IMG/VR virus record: IMGVR_UViG_3300021400_000002
Location: 1 to 45,302 of that record
Direction: 5' to 3' (one strand)
DNA: 45,302 nt
Source of the DNA: a virus
Positions 14,813 to 23,953 of the stretch are shown piece after piece. A model generated the notes under the pieces. The model was given only the letters and a program-made list of their open reading frames with translations, was not told the origin of the DNA and ran no database searches. Numbering within the stretch: the stretch's first letter is position 1; each line of letters starts with the position of its first letter. A program made the position numbers and the translations under genes.

Positions 14813-17094
14813 TAGTCATCACCTCCGGTCGGTTCTGATCGTTTCGTCAGGCCGAGATCAAAGCATTTCTCTGCAAGGCTGTCTAGCATAACACAGCTGT
14901 AGGTACTCGATTCGGAAGAACCTAACAAATATATGGTCGATGAACCGTTTTCAACATGTATATTGCTAGCGCTCGTTGAATCTACACCACCAAACATAAA
15001 ACGCATCTGATTTCCCTCTACATATCCGTATGGCGTTGATACCCCTGCATAAGTTGAGTTAAAACCAATCCTTGAAACTCGTGGAATTATAAACAGATCT
15101 GACGGGTTAGAAAATGAAGTGTTGGCTCTCTGCGCTGTAGAACTGGATGATATCAGATCTCCAGTCGCTTGATTGTATCGTGAGTGTGTTATTGCCAATA
15201 TATACCGATATACGCCGTTTGACGTTACCGACAGCTGTGTCATAACAAGCTCAATTTTCAGCTTGCAAAGCAGCGGTGTAGCGCTCGAAGATGCTCGGTA
15301 AATTACATTATCCAGCTCTATGACAGTGCCAAAGCTATCGGAATAGGATATGGCAGGTGCTGTACCTGTATCCCACTGACAAGAATATCCTTGCAACGCT
15401 ACCAGCGCTTGCCTTCCACCATAAAGAAGCTTTGTATTAGGATTAATGTCCGCCATAAGCTCCTGTTGTGCTACCCATTGATGTACGTTATTCGCATCTA
15501 GCACCGCAGCCGTCTCAACTTCCCACCCACCATCCGAAAAAACTATAGGTTCATCACCCATGTAAGCCTTCCATGTACCATCGCCTTGATCAGCATAGTG
15601 TACGGTCGTTGGATTTCGACTTGTCATAGCTGCATATCTTGCCGCCGTTGTCCTCATTACCGCTGAGTTGTCCAGCCGTGTAGAAATCATGTTCTCAACA
15701 TTGTATATTCTCCCTGATGTACTGACCTGTCTGCTCTTAGTAAGGTTTGTTTGGCTTGTCTGTCCTTTGGCAAATTCAAGTTTAGGATTCCAAGGCTGCG
15801 ACAAATCTGTTACCTTGCGAACAAGCCTGAAAGTATCATCAAGCCCGAAGAAGTCATTGACTATGCGATGATAGTTACCTATTTGGAACTTATGAGCGTT
15901 GTTATATCCAGCCTCATAGAGGTCTACCGCTTCGATGGATATGCTTGTAATGCCTCCGCTGAGTGCATCAGCTTCAGCCTTGCCTCTGCGGTACAGTTCC
16001 TGTATCATAGCATTGACTTCGGCTTCTGTCTTGTTTCCGTTATCAACGAGGTCTTCATGCAGTGATACCTTGTCTATGTGTCCGTAAGTGATGGATAAGA
16101 ATTCGTTTGAGATTGCCTTTTCGTAAGAAGGGTCTGTCCATCCTTCATGATACTGAGGTATGCTTGATACATCGAGCCTTCTTCCGTTTACTCCTATACC
16201 TCCGAGAGGTACGATTCGTGTTATCCTGCCGTTTGATGTCGGTGAGGTCTCGATTTTCAGCGATTTCATGTTTGTCGAAATCGTTATCGGGTCTCCTGTT
16301 GTGCCTGTAGCTGTGCCATACCACATATTCAGTACATTGTAGCCAAATGCCCATGTCGGGTCACCGCCAACAGGTACAGCTTCGTCATTGTACGTTACCC
16401 AGATGTCCATACCGAGATTATTGATAAGGATATCCTGTATTAATGCCCATGTGGTGTCAACATCTCCACTGAAGGATTCATTAATGCTTGGTGCAGGGTA
16501 ACAAGTACTCGGATAGTTGTACGATTCTGTTTCATCATTCCACGTACTGTTAGGTGGCATAAAGCCCTTTTTAAGTGTTGCAGCGATACTCTCTGCATTG
16601 ATATGATGCAATTCAAGCATAGTTATAAGCACATCACGTGCATTCATGCCGCGATTATACTGCTGCAGTCGGTCTTCAACCTCTTTGGTATCGCAGATGC
16701 TGTCGCAGAGATAGGCAAGTTCGTTTTCGCATTGCACAGTGCGGTAAAGAATGCCGTCAGAACCCATATTCTCGGTAACATCGGCTACCCTGCCATTGAA
16801 GATGTACTTCTGCTCTTTTTCGCTCCATAAGCGTACAGCCGTTCTTGCCGGGAAGAACACATCCCAGCAAGGTGAGCCATAGTATACGTTAAATGTAAAT
16901 GTAGATATGCCATTCCATACCTCATCAAGAGTGCCATTGATCTCAGTGCTGTTCATGGTGTTCCTGTAAGTTGTCCATGAATAGATGTAATTGCCCGGAT
17001 GATCGGGGTCACGCGTTACCACGATATCGGGGTTTGCTGCATCTGGATCATATACCCCTGTATGCTTAATCTGTAAGCTATACAACGTCAGCAC
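14812..17094 (-). CDS. Tail tip / baseplate hub protein (Tal-like, prophage tail endopeptidase family)
   Basis: 760 aa, immediately after the Dit-like gene and TMP, which is the canonical siphovirus order. Confidence 0.7.
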   Translation of the reverse strand: MLTLYSLQIKHTGVYDPDAANPDIVVTRDPDHPGNYIYSWTTYRNTMNSTEINGTLDEVWNGISTFTFNVYYGSPCWDVFFPARTAVRLWSEKEQKYIFNGRVADVTENMGSDGILYRTVQCENELAYLCDSICDTKEVEDRLQQYNRGMNARDVLITMLELHHINAESIAATLKKGFMPPNSTWNDETESYNYPSTCYPAPSINESFSGDVDTTWALIQDILINNLGMDIWVTYNDEAVPVGGDPTWAFGYNVLNMWYGTATGTTGDPITISTNMKSLKIETSPTSNGRITRIVPLGGIGVNGRRLDVSSIPQYHEGWTDPSYEKAISNEFLSITYGHIDKVSLHEDLVDNGNKTEAEVNAMIQELYRRGKAEADALSGGITSISIEAVDLYEAGYNNAHKFQIGNYHRIVNDFFGLDDTFRLVRKVTDLSQPWNPKLEFAKGQTSQTNLTKSRQVSTSGRIYNVENMISTRLDNSAVMRTTAARYAAMTSRNPTTVHYADQGDGTWKAYMGDEPIVFSDGGWEVETAAVLDANNVHQWVAQQELMADINPNTKLLYGGRQALVALQGYSCQWDTGTAPAISYSDSFGTVIELDNVIYRASSSATPLLCKLKIELVMTQLSVTSNGVYRYILAITHSRYNQATGDLISSSSTAQRANTSFSNPSDLFIIPRVSRIGFNSTYAGVSTPYGYVEGNQMRFMFGGVDSTSASNIHVENGSSTIYLLGSSESSTYSCVMLDSLAEKCFDLGLTKRSEPTGGDD

Positions 17095-17545
17095 CTCCTG
17101 TCAAGCTTCTCCGAAATGGATACGCTGTAAATGTAGCCGTCAAATACGCCATGTTGAGATAGCCCTCTGACTTGTTTTCAACCTTGATTTCGGTGCATTC
17201 GCAGTCATCGAAGTAATATCCTGCCTCAAAGTTGTCAACTATACGGTCTGTGTCATGGCTGTACAGCCAAGCTTCGACCTGTGATATCTTAGTTCTCAAA
17301 GCCTGCGGTGTATCTTCAATGATTTTGAATTCGTATGTAAGCACACGCTCATCAAACATCAACACACCTGAGGCGCGTGAAGCCCTCACACGCCCCTGCC
17401 TGTATGGAAGTTTAATAGAGGGAGTGCGAGGCTTTGTATCGTTTACTTTTGTATTCTTTGTTATAAGTAAGTTAAAATCAGTCAGCGAATTCTTTCCATT
17501 AAAGGTTATATTTCGCAGACCTGTTAATGTAGCAAAACTCCTCAT
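17078..17545 (-). CDS. Distal tail protein (Dit-like, short form)
   Basis: 155 aa, overlaps the TMP stop. ITFNGKNSLTDFNLLI...PRTPSIKLPYRQG is typical of siphovirus tail-family N-termini. Confidence 0.6.
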   Translation of the reverse strand: MRSFATLTGLRNITFNGKNSLTDFNLLITKNTKVNDTKPRTPSIKLPYRQGRVRASRASGVLMFDERVLTYEFKIIEDTPQALRTKISQVEAWLYSHDTDRIVDNFEAGYYFDDCECTEIKVENKSEGYLNMAYLTATFTAYPFRRSLTGGADVV

Positions 17546-20500
17546 AGCTGTCTACCTCTCGTTGCAAGCATTATGTTTCTGCCGCTGATAACGTCAAGCA
17601 AAGGTGCAAGCACAGATGCCATCAGCTGTCCGTCAACGCTCAGATTGATAGTAGCCTGCCTGTCTAGCTGGCTGTCAGCCGCCTGTGTGTTAGCTGTTAT
17701 GCTTCCAACACTAGGCTCGATATATGCACTCTCAGCCGCTGAATTTGCCATCATCATAGCCGATTCTTCTGCCATGCCTGCATTATCGTTGATACCAAGT
17801 GCAAAGCCTTCGGAGAAGAATCCGCCTAACTTTCGGAGCACCTTTGACGGAGAATGTTCGTCAAGAGCCTCTCTCACGCTTGCTATGGCTTCATTTGCCA
17901 TATTTCTAGCTGCTGTGGATATCTCTGACATCACGCTTTCATCGTTCATACCGAGTGCAAAGCCTCTTGCGACCATACGTCCGATATCCTCAAATCGCCT
18001 TGACGGTGAGTGTGCATCCAATGTGGTCATGGTATCATCTATGGCTTCTTGTGCCATGTCTGAACCTGACTTTGCAGCTTCTTTCAGTTGTGCTTCAACG
18101 CCCTTTGCAAAGCCCTCATCAGCAGCAATACCCATACTGTAGTAAGCTTGCTTGAAGTCCTCTATATGCCCTTCTGGTACGCCTGCAAGTTCTCTCAGCT
18201 GATTCTCTATAGATGCTTTCTGACCTGCTACCATTCGGTCAGTTACGTTCTGTACGCTGGCTTTTGTATCATCCCAAAGCTTAGAGTATGCAGCCAGTTG
18301 TTCATCAGATGCATGATATAGAGCCATTACATAGCCATAGCTATCCAAGCCCATGTCCTTTAACTCTTGCAGTAATGATCCCGATATATCACGGCTTTCA
18401 AGTTGTTCGATACCTGTTGCCCAATTGGTCAAGCCGTCAGCGGTCTGATCAAGGTTTTCCCACATAGTATCAAAGCCTGCGTTGGTCTTTTCAAAGCCGC
18501 CAAAGAAGTTTATAGAGCTTTCAATGGCATTTCTTTGTTTTTCGACTAACTGATCATAAGTATCAAGCAGTGCGCCTATACTTGTAGCTGTTGATTCCGA
18601 GAGATCAACCATTTTTCCGTTAAGGCTTAGTGTTACACCTGCGATACCGTTGACTTCATCGTAGAATGTTTGAGCCGCACTACTGATCTGATTCGTATGC
18701 ACAGCAACAAGTTCAACCGCTGAAGCAGTTGCATCCTCAACAGCTTCTTGCTCTTTAACGATCTGATCAGCAGATTTGCCGATGATAGCTGTCATATCAT
18801 CGATTTCACCATTTATTTCTCTCAGATTAGCGCTGGCTGTTGTAAATGTATTATTTAAGCCGTTTTGTCCGCCGAGTTGCTTATTGACGGATTCAAGCTG
18901 CTTGTCAACTTCTTTTAACGCATAATCTGCGTTTGAAATTGCTTCATGCTTACTAGTTGGATCATCAAGAACTTTCTGCAGTCTTTCCTGTGTTCTGTAC
19001 AGTTCATTTCGTCTGTATATAAGCTTGTTACGCTCAGAATTGGCATCATTATATGCCTTTTCGGCTGATATCTGCTTTTTCATCAAATCAACAAGATTTT
19101 CTCTTGCCGCTTCGACTTTAGCCTGTTTAAGATAGCTGTCCATAAGTTCATCAACAGCTTCTTTGTTGTTCTTTAGCTTGCCTGTCTGCTCATCGAACTG
19201 GAGATTTAAGCCTTTTACCTTGCCATTGAGTTCTTCAACAATTGCAGCCATCTGAGCCTTCTGCATGGATGACAGTTCTTCCATTTCGTTGAGCCGCCAC
19301 AGCTGGTTATACAGATTCTTCGTTTCCTCTGCATCATCGGCTGTCTGTTGCATACGATCTTTGCTTGCCTGTACGCCTTCATTTACAGCTTTGTTGGTTT
19401 CCTCAATGCTGGCTACCAATTCCTTTTGTGCATCGGTCATAGCATTATCGCCATCAACAGTTACATCTATTGCATCTGTTTGTGCGTTGATATACGACCT
19501 CAGAGCCACTCCAGCCGCCACTACGCCAGCCGCAATTGCCGCGTAAGGGTTAAGTGCTGTAACAGCGTTGAACGCTTCCTGCGCCGTTGTAGCCGCCTGT
19601 ATAGCCTTTACTGTTGTCATTATAGCTTGTACAGCCGCCGTACCCTTGACAACAGCCTGATAGGTCAGAAATGCCGCTACAGCACCCTTGACAGCCGCTT
19701 CTACGCCGAATATGTGCTTTGCCGTACTTCCCATTTCCTGTCCTATCGTAAGGTGGAGAGCTTCCATAGCACCTGATAATCCATCACGCCCAAAGCCCTT
19801 AGACATCTCACTGACAGCCTTTGAGCCGAACTGTGTAAACTTCCTAAGTGAAGGTGTTAAACGGTCTGAAACGGCTATCTGTGCGCCCTCAACGGCAGAT
19901 TTGAACAGCGTGATATCACCTTGCAGGTTATCTAACTGTGTGTTAGCCATATCCTGCGCCGCTCCTGCAGCATCGTCTATCTTTCCGCTGAGTTCTTCGT
20001 ACCTGTCACCGACATTGGCTATCATAGCCTCTGCAGCCTTCATATCACGTGCATTGAATATGCTTGTAATGACCTGATCTCGTTCAGCCTGAGTAGCAAG
20101 GCTATCCATGCCGTTTCTGAGGTCTATAAACACATCGTTAAGGCTTCTCATGTTGCCTTCCGAATCGTACAGAGATACTCCAAGCTTCTCCATCATCGCT
20201 GTTGCATCTTTGGTCGGGGACATCAGAGATGTAAGCATATTACGGAGATGTGTGCCGCCCTCTGCACCCTTCATACCATTGTCAGCGAGCATTCCGAGAA
20301 TGGTTGTTAACTCTGTTGTGCCACCTTTCAGCTTCTTTGCTGAACCGCCTATCTGGAGCATAGCTTCACCAAGTTGTGATACGCTTGTATTTGATGAGGA
20401 TGCGGTTTTAGCCATCTTGTTTACCAGCTCTGTGGTCTCGTCCATAGACAAGCCCAAAGCCGATTGAGCATCGGTTATCATGTCTGAGGCTCTAGCCAAG

Positions 20501-20592
20501 TCCATACCGCCCGAAGCCGCAAGATTTAACACATTCGGGAGCATCGTCATTGACTTTTCGGCATCATAGCCTGCAAGAGCCATGTAATTCAG
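17542..20592 (-). CDS. Tape measure protein, exon 2 (1016 codons)
   Basis: Begins LNYMALAGYDAEKSMTMLPNVLNLAASGGMDLARASDMITDAQSALGL (TMP core), then a long Ala/Gln-rich coiled coil. The track ORF starts one codon earlier at ATG 20595. Confidence 0.85.
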   Translation of the reverse strand: MNYMALAGYDAEKSMTMLPNVLNLAASGGMDLARASDMITDAQSALGLSMDETTELVNKMAKTASSSNTSVSQLGEAMLQIGGSAKKLKGGTTELTTILGMLADNGMKGAEGGTHLRNMLTSLMSPTKDATAMMEKLGVSLYDSEGNMRSLNDVFIDLRNGMDSLATQAERDQVITSIFNARDMKAAEAMIANVGDRYEELSGKIDDAAGAAQDMANTQLDNLQGDITLFKSAVEGAQIAVSDRLTPSLRKFTQFGSKAVSEMSKGFGRDGLSGAMEALHLTIGQEMGSTAKHIFGVEAAVKGAVAAFLTYQAVVKGTAAVQAIMTTVKAIQAATTAQEAFNAVTALNPYAAIAAGVVAAGVALRSYINAQTDAIDVTVDGDNAMTDAQKELVASIEETNKAVNEGVQASKDRMQQTADDAEETKNLYNQLWRLNEMEELSSMQKAQMAAIVEELNGKVKGLNLQFDEQTGKLKNNKEAVDELMDSYLKQAKVEAARENLVDLMKKQISAEKAYNDANSERNKLIYRRNELYRTQERLQKVLDDPTSKHEAISNADYALKEVDKQLESVNKQLGGQNGLNNTFTTASANLREINGEIDDMTAIIGKSADQIVKEQEAVEDATASAVELVAVHTNQISSAAQTFYDEVNGIAGVTLSLNGKMVDLSESTATSIGALLDTYDQLVEKQRNAIESSINFFGGFEKTNAGFDTMWENLDQTADGLTNWATGIEQLESRDISGSLLQELKDMGLDSYGYVMALYHASDEQLAAYSKLWDDTKASVQNVTDRMVAGQKASIENQLRELAGVPEGHIEDFKQAYYSMGIAADEGFAKGVEAQLKEAAKSGSDMAQEAIDDTMTTLDAHSPSRRFEDIGRMVARGFALGMNDESVMSEISTAARNMANEAIASVREALDEHSPSKVLRKLGGFFSEGFALGINDNAGMAEESAMMMANSAAESAYIEPSVGSITANTQAADSQLDRQATINLSVDGQLMASVLAPLLDVISGRNIMLATRGRQL

Positions 20593-20818
20593 CATTGTGT
20601 TATCGTAAAGGCTTTTTATCCCTTACTTCTTACAGTTCAATTCCTGTAAGTTCAGCATACATTTTCACTTTCGTGTCGGGCACTCTTGGACAGATTATAT
20701 TTATTCACTGTCTATGCGTTACACTGTCTTATCGCCTTTCGCTATCGATAAGATTAGCACGGTGTTGGCATCTCAGCGTTCACCGTTTTTGCCCGATTTA
20801 TAGACACCCTGTATATTA
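20593..20818 (-). ncRNA. Putative self-splicing group I intron (226 nt, no internal ORF) inside the tape-measure gene
   Basis: 5' exon ends GACGCU and pairs with guide GGUGUC (intron nt 11-16), giving a U-G wobble at the splice site. P10 is CAG/CUG. The last nt is G. P3, P4, P6, P7, P7.1, P8, P9 and P9.1 can be drawn in canonical order (see finding). Confidence 0.75.
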
Positions 20819-21226
20819 AGCGTCTGCTGCCTGGGTTGCACTAAACGCCGTTGAAGCACCCATATCCTGTGCGAAATCACGCAGTTCCTGCACTTCATCA
20901 ACAGTTACGCCCATTGTAGCCGCTACCTGAGACATAGAACTGTCAAAGGTCATGCCTGCGCCGATTGATTCTTTTCCAAAGTCAACGATTGCACTTGTAG
21001 CACTCTTGATAGCACTTGCCATCAGATTTCCTATCATCGAGGCTTTCTGCATCTGTGATGCCAGCTCACTGGTCGATGATTGCGCCGTATTCATGCCTGT
21101 TGAGACCTGACTAAGATTGCTTGTGACGTTACTGCCAGCGTTCACAGCATTGTGCAAAGCCGCTTCATACTGCGATGTGTCAAGCGTTAACCTAGCTGAT
21201 AGGCTCATTACATCAACATTAGCCAT
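20819..21226 (-). CDS. Tape measure protein, exon 1 (136 codons)
   Basis: ATG 21226 after SD AAGGAGGG. Product MANVDVMSLSARLTLDTSQYEAAL...DFAQDMGASTAFSATQAADA, followed immediately by TAA, the first intron bases. Confidence 0.8.
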
Positions 21227-21557
21227 TGTTCGCCCTCCTTCCACATATTTTAGAGAATATATCGTTTGCGACATCAAGCGGATTTTGTTCTTCTTCCGGG
21301 GCTTCTTCTACTATCTGAGGTTCAACTATATCACGGTAACTTACCTTCATATAGTTGCCGCCATATGCTTTCGCTGTGTTCTGTGCTATGGCATTCAGCA
21401 CATCGGTCAGATAGTATCTGTATGCGTTTTCCCTTGTTACAGACCGTATAGCATCACGGAAGTATTCCTGCCCGAATATCGCGTATTTATCGAGGTCTAA
21501 CGATGTTATCAGTTCGCCGAACCGAATAGTCCCCAGACACTCAACGCCGAAAAAAAA
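21219..21557 (-). CDS. Tail assembly chaperone -1 frameshift extension (T part of the G-T fusion)
   Basis: The -1 frame is open from the T8 run to TAA at 21219 (FFFGVECLGTIRFGELITSLDLDKYAIFGQEYFRDAIRSV...) and has no SD-preceded start near its beginning (the first in-frame start is a GTG at 21401, used by the ORF track). Confidence 0.75.
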   Translation of the reverse strand, partial: FFFGVECLGTIRFGELITSLDLDKYAIFGQEYFRDAIRSVTRENAYRYYLTDVLNAIAQNTAKAYGGNYMKVSYRDIVEPQIVEEAPEEEQNPLDVANDIFSKICGRRANNG

Positions 21558-21934
21558 TCATTTATCCGCTGATTGCCAAGGAGGAGGATAGCTAAGTTAG
21601 TGATCTCGGTCGGAGACAGCTTTTCTATTTCTGCAGGTGTTGTAAAACACATTTTTGCTATGATATCCATAGTCATTTCCGTATTTTCAACGAATGTAGC
21701 CTTAAAAATATCGTCCCAGACCTTTTCAACGTGCTGCTTTTCGGCAGCTTTTTTTTCTTCTTCGGTCTCATTGCCTGTAAGTTCTATTCTTTGTCTGCGT
21801 ATTTCTGAAATTTTCGTTGTTTTCAGAAACTTTTCGACATCGCCCTTTATTTTGTTTGCCTGCACCAGAAATTCTGTGTTAGTACAGTCCATGAGCGTTT
21901 TCATTTCGCTGACCTTTTCGGCTTTCTTTGCCAT
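21509..21934 (-). CDS. Tail assembly chaperone (gpG-like)
   Basis: 141 aa, acidic, located between the major tail protein and TMP; carries the slippery run near its 3' end. Confidence 0.8.
   Translation of the reverse strand: MAKKAEKVSEMKTLMDCTNTEFLVQANKIKGDVEKFLKTTKISEIRRQRIELTGNETEEEKKAAEKQHVEKVWDDIFKATFVENTEMTMDIIAKMCFTTPAEIEKLSPTEITNLAILLLGNQRINDFFSALSVWGLFGSAN
21550..21557 (-). other. Slippery site U UUU UUU for the G/GT -1 programmed frameshift
   Basis: Minus strand reads gaT TTT TTT tcg in the zero frame of the chaperone, 13 codons before its stop. Confidence 0.75.
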
Positions 21935-21991
21935 CGTTTTTCCTCCTATAAAAAATCAGCCTCCGCTTTTACACGGAGGCTTGGTTATCGA

Positions 21992-22825
21992 TTATTCCTC
22001 GGCATTTACAACGATAGTGCAAGTATCGTTGAACTCTACGTTATCAACAGTGATCTGTGCTGTGATAATGGTGTCGCCCTCGCCTTCAGCAGTTACAACG
22101 CCGTTAGATACGGTTGCAACGCTTGAAGAGCCTGTTGACCATGTTACAACAGCATCAGCAGGATATGTGGTTGCTACCAGAGTTACGCTATCGCCATCGT
22201 TGAGTGTTACTGTGTGATGGTTCAGTTCGATTGCGCCCTGAACCTCGCCACTCTGAGGCGGTATCAGATAGTATTCCATAGGCATATCACTCTGTGCTGT
22301 TGCAGATACAAAGCCTGTCAGTGTGATGCCTGCTGTACCCTTGCTATCCTTTGTCGACTGGATAGACAGACCGTCTGTGGAGAAGGCATTCTTCAGCTTG
22401 ATAGCAAGTGCGCCGCCGTTCAGCATATCGGTTACCCACCAAATATCTTTGAAGTCGGTCATTGCGATGTCCTTGCGAGGTACTATCTTCTTAACGCCGT
22501 TAGCCATCGTTGTTACTGTGGTTGCACCTATACCACGTTTGATGTTATCCTCGTTAAAGGAAATAGAGGTAAAGCCCATTGTGCAAGTATAGCCTGTTAT
22601 CTCCTGACCTTCCATTGTGTTGTTAGGTGCGTTGTCTACGTCCTCAAAGAAGTCCTGCATAGTAGGTGTGCAAACAGGATTGATACCGCCTGTTGTTGCG
22701 CCGATAATATCAGCGTTGTTAGGCGGAGTATAGGGATTTGTAGGATCGAATGCACTCAGCAGTACGCCTGCATTCTTTTGAATCTGTTCTCTTATGTCAC
22801 TGGGAATTATAGTAAACATTGACAT
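21992..22825 (-). CDS. Major tail protein with a C-terminal Ig-like (Big_2-type) domain
   Basis: 277 aa. C-terminus VTLNDGDSVTLVATTYPADAVVTWSTGSSSVATVSNGVVTAEGEGDTIITAQ is a Big_2 signature. Confidence 0.8.
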   Translation of the reverse strand: MSMFTIIPSDIREQIQKNAGVLLSAFDPTNPYTPPNNADIIGATTGGINPVCTPTMQDFFEDVDNAPNNTMEGQEITGYTCTMGFTSISFNEDNIKRGIGATTVTTMANGVKKIVPRKDIAMTDFKDIWWVTDMLNGGALAIKLKNAFSTDGLSIQSTKDSKGTAGITLTGFVSATAQSDMPMEYYLIPPQSGEVQGAIELNHHTVTLNDGDSVTLVATTYPADAVVTWSTGSSSVATVSNGVVTAEGEGDTIITAQITVDNVEFNDTCTIVVNAEE

Positions 22826-22844
22826 AATCTCATAACTCCTTTCG

Positions 22845-23210
22845 TTATGTAGTGAAAAATTCCGCTGAGATGCTTAAAAGCATTCTGCGTATATTCTTGT
22901 TAGGATCGCTCATTCTCTGAGCGAATGGTGTTCGGCGTTTAAACCAGATATAGCCTGTATCGGTCTTTATCTCAGTGCCGCCGAAACCTATATTGTTGCT
23001 TATAAAGTCTGTCTTAGCAGTTATTTCAGCCCACGAATTGCCAGAATACCACACAGAAGCCGTCAAGGGGACATCGCCATCCTCAAAGCTTGCTATGGCT
23101 ACCTCATACGTAATGTACGGAAGTACAGCATTCTGTGGTACTGTATTCTCATCGTACGCCCTAAGCCCGAAGCTGTTCCAGAATGCGTTTATCGCTTGCG
23201 CTCTATCCAA
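22845..23210 (-). CDS. Tail terminator / tail completion protein
   Basis: 121 aa, immediately upstream of the major tail gene; MDRAQAINAFWNSFGLRAYDENTVP... is typical of this slot. Confidence 0.6.
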   Translation of the reverse strand: MDRAQAINAFWNSFGLRAYDENTVPQNAVLPYITYEVAIASFEDGDVPLTASVWYSGNSWAEITAKTDFISNNIGFGGTEIKTDTGYIWFKRRTPFAQRMSDPNKNIRRMLLSISAEFFTT

Positions 23211-23562
23211 TACAGCCAGCCTCCTTCCATGTATTGTAGATTTTCTGCCCTTGCAAAGCTATCCAATCTACAATTTCTTCATTTCTTGCCCAGCTAGTTG
23301 CATCGTGTGAATTGTCAGCAAGCCCACTTTCGTTCAAATAAGCATGAACTATCTCATGCCTATACGTTAATGCTTCCTGTTTCTTTATTGTTGTGGGGTC
23401 TTCTTTGTCCCAATCAGGAAAGGTGGACATATCGCACAGAACAATTGATTTTAAGAATCCATTGCAATATCCTGCTGCGTTATACTCCTTAAATTTCGGG
23501 TCTTCATCATATTTTTTTCTTTCAATATGATATTCAGTACCGAGAATGTTAAGTTTATCCAT
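23203..23562 (-). CDS. Small HExxH-motif protein (putative Zn-metallopeptidase-like) embedded in the neck module
   Basis: 119 aa with LTYRHEIVHAYLNESGL; overlaps both neighbours by 8 nt (translational coupling). Confidence 0.5.
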   Translation of the reverse strand: MDKLNILGTEYHIERKKYDEDPKFKEYNAAGYCNGFLKSIVLCDMSTFPDWDKEDPTTIKKQEALTYRHEIVHAYLNESGLADNSHDATSWARNEEIVDWIALQGQKIYNTWKEAGCIG

Positions 23563-23953
23563 CTGTCACCGCCCCTGTCAGTGCGTATTCCTCTGCTTTG
23601 ACTTCTCGCATATTCATCGGCGTTGTACTCGGAGTTGCGTGTTCATCTTTGCTAGTCACTCGATAAACGGCATTCGTTCCCTTACGCCTGAATATCTTAT
23701 GCCATGTAAGAGGTACACTCTTATCCGTTGTCAGCGTATACACGCCTTTAACGCCGTCCTGCTCTGCTTTTTGGGCTTGTATGCTATCGTCAAGTACAAG
23801 CACAGCATCAAACGTTGCACCGGCTGTATAGGCTGTTGTATAGCCGCCGTAGCCATCATCTACAGTGCTTTCGTTGATAAACTCAAACTGACCATAGTTC
23901 TCGTTAGCCTGCATCAGTATCGGTAAACTCATACGCTGTTCAGCCTCCTCCAC
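23555..23953 (-). CDS. Head closure / head-tail adaptor (SPP1 gp16-like)
   Basis: 132 aa, position and size; ...YRVTSKDEHATPST... beta-rich. Confidence 0.55.
   Translation of the reverse strand: MEEAEQRMSLPILMQANENYGQFEFINESTVDDGYGGYTTAYTAGATFDAVLVLDDSIQAQKAEQDGVKGVYTLTTDKSVPLTWHKIFRRKGTNAVYRVTSKDEHATPSTTPMNMREVKAEEYALTGAVTDG

Noticed and set aside
20550-20819. Plus-strand 89-aa ORF covering the TMP spacer; also an intein or a simple frameshift as explanations for the split TMP.
   Set aside because: The plus-strand product is low-complexity and hydrophobic nonsense (SYSSIPVSSAYIFTFVS...) antisense to a structured RNA. The spacer is 226 nt, which is not divisible by 3, and has in-frame stops. 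That excludes an intein and a single-slip frameshift.
17573-22822. Long plus-strand ORFs opposite the TMP, chaperone and major tail genes (17573-18142, 19348-19776, 19688-20077, 20108-20467, 21573-22217, 22214-22822).
   Set aside because: These are antisense shadow ORFs of strongly coding minus-strand genes. They are Ser/Ala/Cys/Leu-rich with low complexity, have no SD sequences and show no family motifs.
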